A stretch of 64,000 nt of DNA from Squalus acanthias (Eukaryota): the NCBI GenBank assembly GCA_030390025.1, contig JASTWF010000034.1:620001-684000 (forward strand). Reading direction: 5' to 3'. The notes under the pieces were generated by a model, which was not told the DNA's origin, ran no database searches, and saw only the letters and a list, made by a program, of their open reading frames with translations. Positions 25,401-36,057 of the stretch are shown here, one piece after another. Positions within the stretch are counted from its first letter, which is position 1, and each line of letters starts with the position of its first letter. Both the position numbers and the translations under genes were made by a program.

Positions 25401-28400
25401 GCTGAGCCCCAGAGCCGCCATCTATGTGTGGGACCCAGAGCCGCCGTCTTTATGCGGGGCCCCAGACCCGCCATCTTTATGCGGGGCCCCGGAGCGGCCA
25501 TCTTTATGCGGGGCCCCGGAGCCGCCATCTTCATGCGGTGCCCCGGAGCCGCCATATTTGTGCGGGTCCCCAGAGCCGCCATCTTTGTGCGGGGCCCCAG
25601 AGCCGCCATCTTTGTGCTGAGCCCCAGAGCTGCCATCTTTGTGCGGGTCCCCAGAGCAGCCATCTTTGTGCTGAGCCCCAGAGCCGCCATCTTTTTGCGG
25701 GGAACCAGAGCCGCCATCTTTGTGCGGGTCCCCAGAGCCGCCATCTATGTGTGGGACCCAGAGCCGCCATATTTATGCGGGGCCCCGGAGCTGCCATATT
25801 TGTGCGGGGCCCCAGAGCCGCCATCATTATGCTGAGTCCCAGAGCCGCCATCTTTGTGTGGGTCCCCAGAGCCGCCATCTATGTGTGGGACCCAGAGCCG
25901 CCATCTTTGTGCGGTTCCCCAGAGCCGCCATCTATGTGTGGGACCCAGAGCCGCCATATTTATGCGGGGCCCCGGAGCCCCCATATTGGTGCGGGGCCCC
26001 AGAGCCGCCATCTTTGTGCGGGTCCCCAGACCCGCCATCTTTATGCGGGGCTCCGGAGCGGCCAGCTCTATGCGGGGCCCCGGAGCCGCCATATTTGTGC
26101 GGGTCCCCAGAGCCGCCATCTTTGTGCAGGGCCCCAGAGCCGCCATCTTTGTGCGGTTCCCCAGAGCCACCATATTTATGCGGGGCCCCAGAGCCGCCAT
26201 TTTTGTGCTGAGCCCCAGAGCCGCCATCTTTGTGCGGGTCCCCAGAGCAGCCATCTTTGTGCTGAGCCCCAGAGCCGCCATCTTTGTGCGTGGCCGAGGA
26301 GCCGCCATATTTGTGCGGGGCCCCAGACCCGCCATCTTTGTGTTGAGTCACAGAGCCGCCATCTTTGTGCGGGTCCCCAGAGCCGCTATCTTTATGCGGG
26401 GCCACGGAGCCGCCAGCTTTGTGCGGGGCCCCGGAGCCGCCATCTTTATGCGGGGCCCCGGAGCCGCCATCTTTGTGCTGAGCCCCGGAGCCGCCATCTA
26501 TGTGTGGGACCCGGAGCCGCCGTCTTTATACGGGGCCACAGAGCCGCCATCTTTATGCGGGGCCCCGGAGCAGCCATCTTTATGCGGGGCACCGGAGCCG
26601 CCATCTTTATGCGGGGCTCCGGAGCCGCCATATTTGTGCGGGGCCCCAGAGCCGCCATCTTTGAGCTGAGCCCCAGAGCCGCCGTCTTTATGCGCGGCCC
26701 CGGAGCCGCCATCTTTGTGCGGGTCCCCAGAGCCGCCATCTTTATGCGGGGCCCCGGAGCCGCCATCTTTGTGCTGAGCCCCAGAGCCGCCATCTATGTG
26801 TGGGACCCAGAGCCGCCGTCTTTATGCGGGGCCCCAGTCCCGCCATCTTTAGGCGGGGCCCCGGAGCGGCCATCTTTATGCGGGGCCCCGGAGCCGCCAT
26901 CTTTGTGCTGAGCCCCAGAGCCGCCATCTATGTGTGGGACCCAGAGCCGCCGTCTTTATGCGGGGCCCCAGACCCGCCATCTTTATGCGGGGCCCCGGAG
27001 CGGCCATCTTTATGCGGGGCCCCGGAGCCGCCATCTTCATGCGGTGCCCCGGAGCCGCCATATTTGTGCGGGTCCCCAGAGCCGCCATCTTTGTGCGGGG
27101 CCCCAGAGCCGCCATCTTTGTGCTGAGCCCCAGAGCTGCCATCTTTGTGCGGGTCCCCAGAGCAGCCATCTTTGTGCTGAGCCCCAGAGCCGCCATCTTT
27201 TTGCGGGGAACCAGAGCCGCCATCTTTGTGCGGGTCCCCAGAGCCGCCATCTATGTGTGGGACCCAGAGCCGCCATGTTTATGCGGGGCCCCGGAGCCGC
27301 CATATTTGTGCGGGGCCCCAGAGCTGCCATCATTATGCTGAGTCCCAGAGCCGCCATCTTTGTGTGGGTCCCCAGAGCCGCCATCTATGTGTGGGACCCA
27401 GAGCCGCCATCTTTGTGCGGTTCCCCAGAGCCGCCATCTATGTGTGGGACCCAGAGCCGCCATATTTATGCGGGGCCCCGGAGCCCCCATATTGGTGCGG
27501 GGCCCCAGAGCCGCCATCTTTGTGCGGGTCCCCAGACCCGCCATCTTTATGCGGGGCTCCGGAGCGGCCAGCTCTATGCGGGGCCCCGGAGCCGCCATAT
27601 TTGTGCGGGTCCCCAGAGCCGCCATCTTTGTGCAGGGCCCCAGAGCCGCCATCTTTGTGCGGTTCCCCAGAGCCACCATATTTATGCGGGGCCCCAGAGC
27701 CGCCATTTTTGTGCTGAGCCCCAGAGCCGCCATCTTTGTGCGGGTCCCCAGAGCAGCCATCTTTGTGCTGAGCCCCAGAGCCGCCATCTTTGTGCGTGGC
27801 CGAGGAGCCGCCATATTTGTGCGGGGCCCCAGACCCGCCATCTTTGTGTTGAGTCACAGAGCCGCCATCTTTGTGCGGGTCCCCAGAGCCGCTATCTTTA
27901 TGCGGGGCCACGGAGCCGCCAGCTTTGTGCGGGGCCCCGGAGCCGCCATCTTTATGCGGGGCCCCGGAGCCGCCATCTTTGTGCTGAGCCCCGGAGCCGC
28001 CATCTATGTGTGGGACCCGGAGCCGCCGTCTTTATACGGGGCCACAGAGCCGCCATCTTTATGCGGGGCCCCGGAGCAGCCATCTTTATGCGGGGCACCG
28101 GAGCCGCCATCTTTATGCGGGGCTCCGGAGCCGCCATATTTGTGCGGGGCCCCAGAGCCGCCATCTTTGAGCTGAGCCCCAGAGCCGCCGTCTTTATGCG
28201 CGGCCCCAGAGCCGCCATCTTTGTGCGGGGCTCCAGAGCCGCAATCCTTGTGCGGGGCCCCAGAGCCGCAATCCTTGTGCTTAGCCTCAGAGCCGCCATC
28301 TCTGTGCGGGGCCCCAGAGCCGCCATCATTGTGCGGGTCCCCAGAGCCGCCATCTTTATGCGGAGCCCCGGACCCGCCATCTTTATGCGGGGCCCCGGAG

Positions 28401-30635
28401 CCGCCATTTTTATGCTGGGCCCAGGAGCCGCCATCTTTGTGCGGGGCCCCAGAGCCGCCATCTTTGTGCGGGGCCCCAGAGCTGCCATCTCTGTGCTGGG
28501 CCCCATAGCCGCCATCTTTATGCGGGGCCCCAGAGCCGCCATCTCTGTGCGGGGGCCCCAGAGCCGCCGTCTTTATGAGGGGCCCCAGAGCCGCCATCTT
28601 TGTGCGGGGCACCAGAGCCGCAATCCTTGTGCTGGGCCCCAGAGCCGCCATCTTTATGCGGGGCGCCAGAGCCGCCGTCTTTGTGCTGAGCCCCAGAGCC
28701 GCCGTCTTTGTGCTGAGCCCCAGAGCCGCCATCTTTGTGCTGAGCCCCAGAGCCGCCATCTTTGTGCGGGGCCCCAGAGCCGCCATCTTTGTGCTGAGCC
28801 CCAGAGCCGCCATCTTTGTGCGGGGCCCCAGAGCCGCCATCTAAGTGCTGAGCCCCAGAGCCGCCGTCTTTGTGCTGAGCCCCAGAGCCGCCGTCTTTGT
28901 GCGGGGCCCCAGAGCCGCCATCTTTGTGCGGAGCCCCTGAGCCGCCATCTTTGTGCGGGTCCCCAGAGCCGCCATCTTTATGCGGGTCCCCAGAGCCGCC
29001 GTCTTTGTGCGGGGCCCCGGAGCCGTCATCTTTGTGCGGGGCCCCGGAGCCGTCATCTTTGTGCGGGGCCCCGGAGCCGCCGTCTTTGTGCGGGTCCCCG
29101 GAGCCGCCGTCTTTGTGCGGGTCCCCAGAGCCGCCGTCTTTGTGCGAGGCCCCAGAGCCGCCGTCTTTGTGCTGGGCCCCAGAGCCGCCATTTTTGTGCT
29201 GGGCCCCAGAGCCGCCGTCTTTGTGCTGGGCCCCAGAGCCGCCGTCTTTGTGCTGGGCCCCAGAGCCGCCGTATTTGTGCTGGGCCCCAGAGCCGCCGTC
29301 TTTGTGCTGGGCCCCAGAGCCGCCGTCTTTGTGCTGGGCCCCAGAGCCGCCATCTTTTTGCGGGGAACCAGAGCCGCCCTCTTTGTGCGGTGCCCCAGAG
29401 CCGCCATTTTTGTGCGGGAACCAGAGCCGCCATGTTTATGCGGGGCCCCGGAGCCGCCATATTTGTGCGGTGCCCCAGAGCCGCCATCTTTGTGCTGAGT
29501 CCCAGAGCCGCCATCTTTGTGCGGGTCCCCAGAGCCGCCATCTATGTGTGGGACCCAGAGCCGCCATCTTTGTGTGGGTCCCCAGAGCCGCCATCTATAT
29601 GTGGGACCCAGAGCCGCCATGTTTATGCGGGGCCCCTGAGCCCCCATATTGGTGCAGGGCCCCAGAGCCGCCATCTGTGTGCTGAGTCCCAGAGCCGCCA
29701 TCTTTGTGCGGGTCCCCAGAGCCGCCATCTTTTTGCGGGGCCCCGGAGCCGCCATCTTTTTGCGGGGCCCCGGAGCCGCCATCTTTATTCGGGGCCCCGG
29801 AGCCACCATCTTTGTGCTGAGCCCCACACCCGCCGTCTTTGTGCTGAGCCCCAGACCCGCCGTCTTTGTGCTGAGCCCCAGACCCGCTGTCTTCATGCTG
29901 AGCCCCAGACCCGCTGTCTTCATGCTGAGCCCCAGACCCGCCGTCTTTGTGCTGAGCCACAGACCCGCCATCCTTGTGCTGAGCCCCAGACCCGCTGTCT
30001 TTGTGCTGAGCCCCAGAGCCGCCGTCTTTGTGCTGGGCCCCAGAGCCGCCGTCTTTGTGCTGGGCCCCAGAGCCGCCTGTCTTTGTGCTGAGCCCCAGAC
30101 CCGCTGTCTTTGTGCTGAGCCCCAGACCCGCCGTCTTTGTGCTGAGCCCCAGAGCCGCCGTCTTTGTGCTGAGCCCCAGACCCGCCGTCTTTGTGCTGAG
30201 CCCCAGAGCCGCTGTCTTTGTGCTGAGCCCCAGAGCCGCTGTCTTTGTGCTGAGCCCCAGACCCGCTGTCTTTGTGCTGAGCCCCAGAGCCGCTGTCTTT
30301 GTGCTGAGCCCCAGAGCCGCTGTCTTTGTGCTGAGCCCCAGACCCGCCGTCTTTGTGCTGAGCCCCAGACCCGCTGTCTTTGTGCTGAGCCCCAGACCCG
30401 CTGTCTTTCTGCTGAGCCCCAGACCCGCTGTCTTTGTGCTGAGCCCCTGACCCGCTGTCTTTGTGCTGAGCCCCAGAGCCGCCGTCTTTGTGCTGGGCCC
30501 CAGAGCCGCCATCTTTCTGCTCAGCCCCAGACCCGCTGTCTTTGTGCTGGTCCCCAGAGCCGCCGTCTTTGTGCTGAGCCACAGAGCCGCTGTCGTTGTG
30601 CTGGGCCCCAGAGCCGCCGTCTTTGTGCGGGGGGC
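16480..30635. repeat. 14-kb GC/CpG-rich 27-bp minisatellite, unit GAGCCGCCATCTTTGTGCGGGGCCCCA (~520 copies), carrying the YY1 consensus motif
   Basis: Directly visible. The 9-codon unit explains the stop-free ORFs (KMAALGPRT, GAPEPPSLC etc.). The core CCGCCATCTT matches the established YY1 motif CCGCCATNTT. Confidence 0.97.
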
Positions 30636-30692
30636 CACATTATCAGGCCCAGGGAACTGTCAACTCTTGGACTGCAAAGTCTCCGCTTCTTC

Positions 30693-31594
30693 TCATCCTT
30701 TAATGAATTTTACAATCAGAGTAAAGGGATATTTCCCCACATTCTTCAACTGCTCTCTGAACTTAGTCTGGGTCACGGCGTAAATCCCAGTGTTTGTGCA
30801 GCAACTCAGCAGCTGCAGCATGAATCCCAGTTCCATGACATAACCAGGTAGAATTACAGACTGATACCCCAACCACGTCATCCGGTTCCATATAAAATAC
30901 ACCATAAACACTGCCCATAACAGGATGAAATTGCCGGAGATAACAAGCAGTAAAATGATGGATTTCCTGCGGCTCTCCATCTCTGGGTCTCTGGGACTCT
31001 CCCCACTGCTGGGACCCCGGAGTCTCCTGCGGGCTCTGCTGGCCACTAAAATGTGTCTGACGGTGACAGCATTGAGCAGCAGAATCACCACAAATGGGAC
31101 ACACGGGGTGAGAATATAATGAAGGAGCTCGATTGGTCCCCAGACCCGTGAATACTGAACATCCATTGTGACATCACAAAACCAGGGGAGGTTCCGAAGC
31201 CAATACGACCTGACAACATAAAATACCAGGTGATGTTCTTTAAACCGCTCAGCACAGTCACTGTTCCCAGAACCACAGCCGCCGTTTTCTCGGTGCAATA
31301 TTTAGTTTTCAGCTTCTGGCAACAAATGGCCACAAATCGATCAAAGGTGAAAGTGACGGTGAACCAGACAGAACAGTCTGTGGCTGCGAACAGCAGGACG
31401 GCGTGGATATTACACACGGGGATCGGAATACACGAAATCAAACTGTTCCCTATAAACAATCGGAATGTGCCTCAATATCAGGTCGAGGATAACGACCAGT
31501 AGATCCGCCGCTGCCATGGCCACCAGGTAGCGAGTGACACATTTGGAGAGACCACACTTTCCCCGAGACAGGATCACAATCGTCAATAAGTTCA
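30693..31594 (-). CDS. Exon 2 of the GPR139-like GPCR (TM1 end to C-terminus; two frameshifts)
   Basis: Preceded by the acceptor CTGTTTATTTCCCTTCCTCACAG. ORFs 31410-31595, 31085-31459 and 30693-31298 are consecutive pieces of one 7TM protein. Confidence 0.88.
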
Positions 31595-32907
31595 CTGTGA
31601 GGAAGGGAAATAAACAGGGAAATTATTCATCAGGCTGGGAGCAAAAGCAGCAGTTTGATGGAATTCGGGGTGAAATCTGCAACTCATTAGCGACATTGAA
31701 TGATATAATCTAATCCTATTACCTGTGGAGCTGAATACAGGGCTTATTGTAAGAATAATCGGGAATACATTGTGGAATCAGTAACTGAAATGGGAATAAA
31801 TACAACATGAAAGTAACAGATGTTTGATCAAGGAGAGATTAAATGATCGATCTAAATTTAGCCCAGCAGACAAAAGCACCGCCCGAGGTACCAGGGACAC
31901 AAAGGACCAGACCCTCTCAGGAAGCCTTCGTGTCCCGGGATCAGTCAGCATTTGGAGCGGTGCAGTTCGCTTCTGTGCCCCTGTGTTCGGGAGGGGGAAA
32001 TCCCGCTTGGATTCCTGCTCTTGGTTACAATATCCATTCTATTTAGAACTGAAAATGAATGCAACAGCAAAATACAGAAACTGCAACCTTGGCATGCAAT
32101 AATTACAGGCAACTGTATGTGAAATGTACGGATGTAATACGACAGTGCTAAGATAATAAATACAAGTGCACTGCAGTTATAAAGATAACTGGCTATCAGA
32201 TATGTTTTGAAGATTGAGTTTTCTGCATTTTTGTTGAAATATACAAATTCTAGCTCATTGAAAGGAAGATTTATCAAGTAACATTGCAAATAATGGACTC
32301 TGAATTAAAGTAAATAGTGATGATTGACCAGGTAATGTCCCACTAAATGCATTTATCAGTATCGAAATCAGACGACTTAACCCACAGGCAAAGTGCCGCC
32401 GAATGCTGTTGTAAAGTATCTGAACACAAATGGAAGAGATTTATCCTTGTACTTTTTCACCTGTTGTTTCCAACTTGTGCAGAGAATATTAGACGAGAAG
32501 ATATCAAAGGATTTTCTTATCCTCAGTACTTCAGTTACAATCAGCTGGGATTGTTTATCCTGAAGGACAGCAGGAGGCAATAGAGAATCACACTGGGTCT
32601 CACTGACAGATCCACTGTACTGTGACAGACGGGCATGGGATCCAATTGTAAATTCAAAACAATGATCAGAAAGAAATGTATTGAAATCTGGCTGAATTAA
32701 CGTTTTGTGAGAATGTAATTTATCCGTTTAATCCAACTTTAACCATCAGAAGCAGTGCCAATAATGCAGAACTGGAGAGGGTGGGAAAGGAGACACTGAC
32801 TGGAACTGAATGATTGCGGATATTTCAGACATTTAACGATGTGGATGTGATCTGCCAGGATTTGTTTCTGTGACTCTGTGAGTAACCATACCGAGCATTA
32901 GGTGAAA

Positions 32908-33040
32908 TCAAAAGCAAAATACTGCGGATACTGGAAATCTGAAATGAAAACAGAAAATGATGGAAATACTCAGCGGGTCAGGCAGCATCTGTGGAGAGAG
33001 AGAGAAACAGAGTTAACGTTTCAGGTCGATGGCCTTTCGC
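32908..33040 (-). mobile_element. Penelope-like retroelement terminal fragment
   Basis: AAAATACTGCGGATACTGGAAATCTGAAAT...GGTCAGGCAGCATCTGTGGAGAGAG is the reverse complement of 37170-37281. The family name is from recall, not a search. Confidence 0.55.
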
Positions 33041-33848
33041 CATTAGGTGAAAAGTCTCCTAAACCAAGACAGCATTCTTCTGACCTGATACTAATGTTCA
33101 GTGTCGGTAGCAGACTGAAATTCGTTAAATAAAGAGTCACCTTCAATAAATTTACTTGAGTTGAACATTTGAATCTTGGTAACACGAAATCACCTTCAGA
33201 ATCAATAGCTGACAGCAGCGCGGATGGGATGGGGAACGACAGAGAGAGAAACACAGATAATCATGGGGGGGAAACGTCGGTTGGTTAGCACCTCCCCTGA
33301 GCACCTTCGGGGGGGGAGGGGTAACGGGGCGATAGGAGCGTAGCGCCCGAGCGCGGCTATTTTAGCGCCGCTCACAAAATTAGCCAGTCGTTTTGCACTG
33401 CCACTAAACACTGCCGCCACGATCTCCTGCGCCTGCAGATCGTGACATCAGTCGAGCGTGCAATGCCCTGGTAGTGCCCCGGACTGAAAATTGAGTCGCG
33501 TGCCCTGCCTCAGCCCCTGCCGCTAGGAACGACACGTAGATGGGGAATGTTTTCAAATCGGGAAGGGGCTGGGGGAGCGCTATTTAAAGGCGGTTGCCTC
33601 CTGCCGTTTCTTGTCGGCGAAATTTTTGTTAGATGCTGTTTGAGAGACGTCTGGAGAGATTCGACGCTCACCGAAGGAGTTTTGGGTCCTGAGCACCAAT
33701 TTGGAGGTTTATTTTTATTTCACCTTCCTTCTAACGATATTAAGATGCTTCGATCGGGGCTGCACTAACTTGGGGCGTCGACGTCCAGCTTCACCTTCGG
33801 AGGCAGCAGAGGCGCAGAGAGAGAGAGAGTGGCAAACGTAACCAGAGG

Positions 33849-34306
33849 GTGTGTGACCACAGACAGCTCATACTCGCCGTTAATGCCCGCTATCCTGGCA
33901 GCAGCACAATGCTTTTATTCTGCGCCAGACCGGTGTTGCACACATCTTCCAACCACCGTGTAAACCTAGTGGATGGCTCCTCGGGGACAAGGGTTATCCA
34001 CTCTGCACCTGGCTGATGACACCGATCCATAACCCCAACACCCCTGTCGAACTGCACTACAATGAGAGCTATAGCGCCACCAGGAACATGATAGAGCAGG
34101 CGTTCGGCGTCTTGAAACAACGGTTCCGCTTTCTAGATCACTCAGGAGGAGCCCTGCAATACTCTCCCGAGCGAGTCTCCCTCTTGATTGTTGTGTGCTG
34201 TATGCTTTATAACATTGCTATCATGAGGACCCAGCCATTGCCACCAGGGATTGGTCCACCCCCTGAGGGGGAGGAGGAAGAGGGAGAGGAGGACGAAAAG
34301 GAGTAG
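33849..34306 (+). pseudogene. Harbinger DDE transposase (HARBI1-like) C-terminal remnant
   Basis: VCDHRQLILAVNARYPGSS-(frameshift)-NAFILRQ...WLLGDKGYP...YNESYSATRNMIEQAFGVLKQRFRFL...IVVCCMLYNIA plus an acidic tail. The N-terminal half is missing. Confidence 0.88.
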
Positions 34307-34660
34307 CAGGAGGATCAAGAGGAGGATCAGCAGCACCAACGTGGGAGGGAGGCGCACAATGTTGCCACTGAAAGGGCCGTCCGTGAACGGCTCATAAGAC
34401 ACCGATTCTAACCCCTTACTGAGAAGATGGCTTCTGTGATGAAGAAGCACATCATTCAAAGCATCCCGCACCCCCTATTGCTGGACAAAGCTGCAATGAG
34501 TCAAATCAGAAAAGATGTAAAGTAACAATTAAAAAAATTAGTTGTGTTACCAACTCTGTGTCATTTATTCAGGACAAACAAATTGAAACAAACCCAACAA
34601 TTCATGAACTAACAAAACTCGTTCTCACAACATGGAGATGAGCGGCAAAACTGTCAACAA

Positions 34661-34990
34661 ATAGTTGAATAGCCATTACTGTGTGCAGCCATGTGTTTGG
34701 CAGAGGTGCCTACCATAGTTGAATAGCCATTACTGTGTGCAGCCATGTGTTTGGCAGATTTGCCTCCCACAGTTGAATAGCCATTACTGTGTGCAGCCAT
34801 GTGTTTGGCAGATATGCCTATTATAGTTGAATAGCCATTACTGTGTGCAGCCATGTGTTTGGCAGATGTGCCTATCATAGTTGAATAGCCATTACTGTAT
34901 ACAGCCATGTGTTTGGCAGATGTGCCTACCACAGTTGAATAGCCGTTATTATGTGCAGCCATGTGTTTGGCAGATGTGCCTCCCATAGTA
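34661..34990. repeat. 54-bp tandem repeat x6, unit ATAGTTGAATAGCCATTACTGTGTGCAGCCATGTGTTTGGCAGATGTGCCTACC
   Basis: Unit starts at 34661 and 34715, etc. Confidence 0.95.
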
Positions 34991-35345
34991 TATTTTTATT
35001 CGTTTATGGGATGTGGGCTTCGCTGGCAAGGCCAGCATTTATTGCCCATCCCTAGTTGCCCTTGAGAAGGTGGTGGTGAGCTGCCTTCTTGAACCGCTGC
35101 AGTCCTTGTGGTGAAGGTACTCCCACAGTGCTGTTAGGTAGGGAGTTACAGGATTTTGACCCAGCGATGATGAAGGATCGGCAATATACTTCTAAGTCAG
35201 GATGGTGTGTGACTTGGAGGGGAACTTGAAGGTGGTGGTGTTCCCATGCGCCTGCCCTTGTCCTTCTAGGTGGAAGAGGTCGCGGGTTTGGGAGGTGCTG
35301 CTGAAGAAGCCTTGGTGAGTTGCTGCAGTGTATCTTGTTGAATAG
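34991..35345 (-). mobile_element. 3' end of a non-LTR retrotransposon (possibly RTE-X-like) inserted in the Harbinger
   Basis: The minus strand encodes ...VGVPSPQGLQRFKKAAHHHLLKGN*, then GGATGGGCAATAAATGCTGGCCTTGCCAGCGAAGCCCACATCCC and an A-rich end. Confidence 0.75.
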
Positions 35346-35499
35346 CGGTTAATGTGTGCAAGGTGTGGGATGCGGATGTGTGTTTTATGAAATGGCCATA
35401 GGTTTGAATGAGTGTTGGGCATTTGGGTTTGTAAATCCTCTGGGCACAGAGTGAAGTTGAGATGGAGGGATGTAAAGGTTTGGAAAAGCAGGTACTCAC

Positions 35500-35736
35500 C
35501 CTGACTACCCGAGTGAGCTCGTTGAATTTCTTCTGACATTGTGTGTGTGTCCTTGGCACCAGGCCCCTCGAGGAGACGTGCTGAGCCACCTCCCTCCACA
35601 CTCTTCTAAACTCCCGGGGCAATGGCCTCCTGCCACTCTCAGGGAACAACACTGCCCATCGCCGTTCCACAGCGCCAACCAGAGCCACCAAAGCTTCGTC
35701 GCTCAAGCCCCTAACTCTTTCTCTGGGCCTCTCTAT
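35500..35736 (-). pseudogene. Harbinger Myb/SANT-like DNA-binding protein, first exon remnant
   Basis: LSDEALVALVGAVERRWAVLF...VWREVAQHVS...RTHTQCQKKFNELTRVVR, followed by a GTGAGT donor at 35499. Confidence 0.82.
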
Positions 35737-35770
35737 TGTTTTGAATTAATAACTGGACATAGATCCTTAC

Positions 35771-35861
35771 TAGGAACGCCGACAGCAGTGAGGAGGGGAT
35801 AGTACATATTTTGTATATCATAACATATTCCTAATATCTTAAGCACTTCACCCCAATCTAT
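35771..35861 (-). CDS. Exon 1 of the GPR139-like GPCR (N-terminus and first half of TM1); start codon uncertain
   Basis: Reads (I)DWGEVLKILGICYDIQNMYYPLLTAVGVP followed by the donor A|GTAAGG, in phase with exon 2. The only in-frame ATG is at 35807; ATA at 35861 may be a mutated start. Confidence 0.78.
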
Positions 35862-35936
35862 GCCTTCGCTTCTGTGAGTGTCTGGTGGTCTTTGTGCTGG
35901 GGGCAGCGCGCGGACTGTGTGAGGTGACACAGTGAA

Positions 35937-35981
35937 GGGAACTCCTTATTTAGAGCAGAGGGAAATCCCCGAGTGACATCA
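35937..35981 (-). promoter_or_regulatory. Candidate GPCR proximal promoter: CRE/ATF-like TGACATCA (35974-35981), NF-kB site GGGGATTTCCC (35960-35970), TATA-like TAAATAA (35946-35952)
   Basis: Motifs read directly, clustered ~80-120 bp upstream of the exon 1 coding start and in promoter order on the minus strand. Confidence 0.45.
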
Positions 35982-36057
35982 TTAGGCCTCACTGTAACTG
36001 GCATTAATTACAGTCATTGAACAAACAGACTCATTGAACCATTGTCACCACAACACT

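Larger units (their letters stand above)
33265..35740. mobile_element. Decayed PIF/Harbinger DNA transposon inside the GPCR intron (convergent nuclease and Myb/SANT genes); boundaries approximate
   Basis: HARBI1-like nuclease remnant on + and Myb/SANT exon on -, the two-gene layout typical of Harbinger. G-rich left end at ~33265. The right TIR was not found. Confidence 0.75.
30693..35861 (-). pseudogene. GPR139/GPR142-like orphan class A GPCR, two exons (~35861-35771 and 31594-30693), probable pseudogene
   Basis: The spliced reading is ...IQNMYYPLLTAVGVP-M-NLLTIVILSRGKCGLSKCVTRYLVAMAAADLLV..., then TFTFDRFVAIC, PFVVILLLN, RRKSIILLL and LSCCTNTGIY, giving seven hydrophobic segments. The intron 35770-31595 is phase 1 with GT..AG ends. 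There is a +1 frameshift at ~31424 and a -1 frameshift at ~31206, with an in-frame stop at 31410-31412 between them. Confidence 0.85.

Noticed and set aside
16440..30851. Dozens of long ORFs (up to 1053 aa) in the 27-bp array
   Set aside because: The unit is 9 codons and stop-free in most frames on both strands. ORFs overlap in all frames and switch frame at unit indels, so there is no evidence for a real repeat protein.
34654..34986. 110-aa ORF with an 18-aa repeat (and the 17-aa repeat ORF at 38228-38560)
   Set aside because: By-products of 54-bp and 51-bp tandem repeats whose lengths are multiples of 3. No splice or domain support.
35888..35901. GTCTTTGTGCTGGG upstream of GPCR exon 1 matches part of the 27-bp unit
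   Set aside because: A single 14-bp match without the GCCGCC core is too short to claim a relationship.
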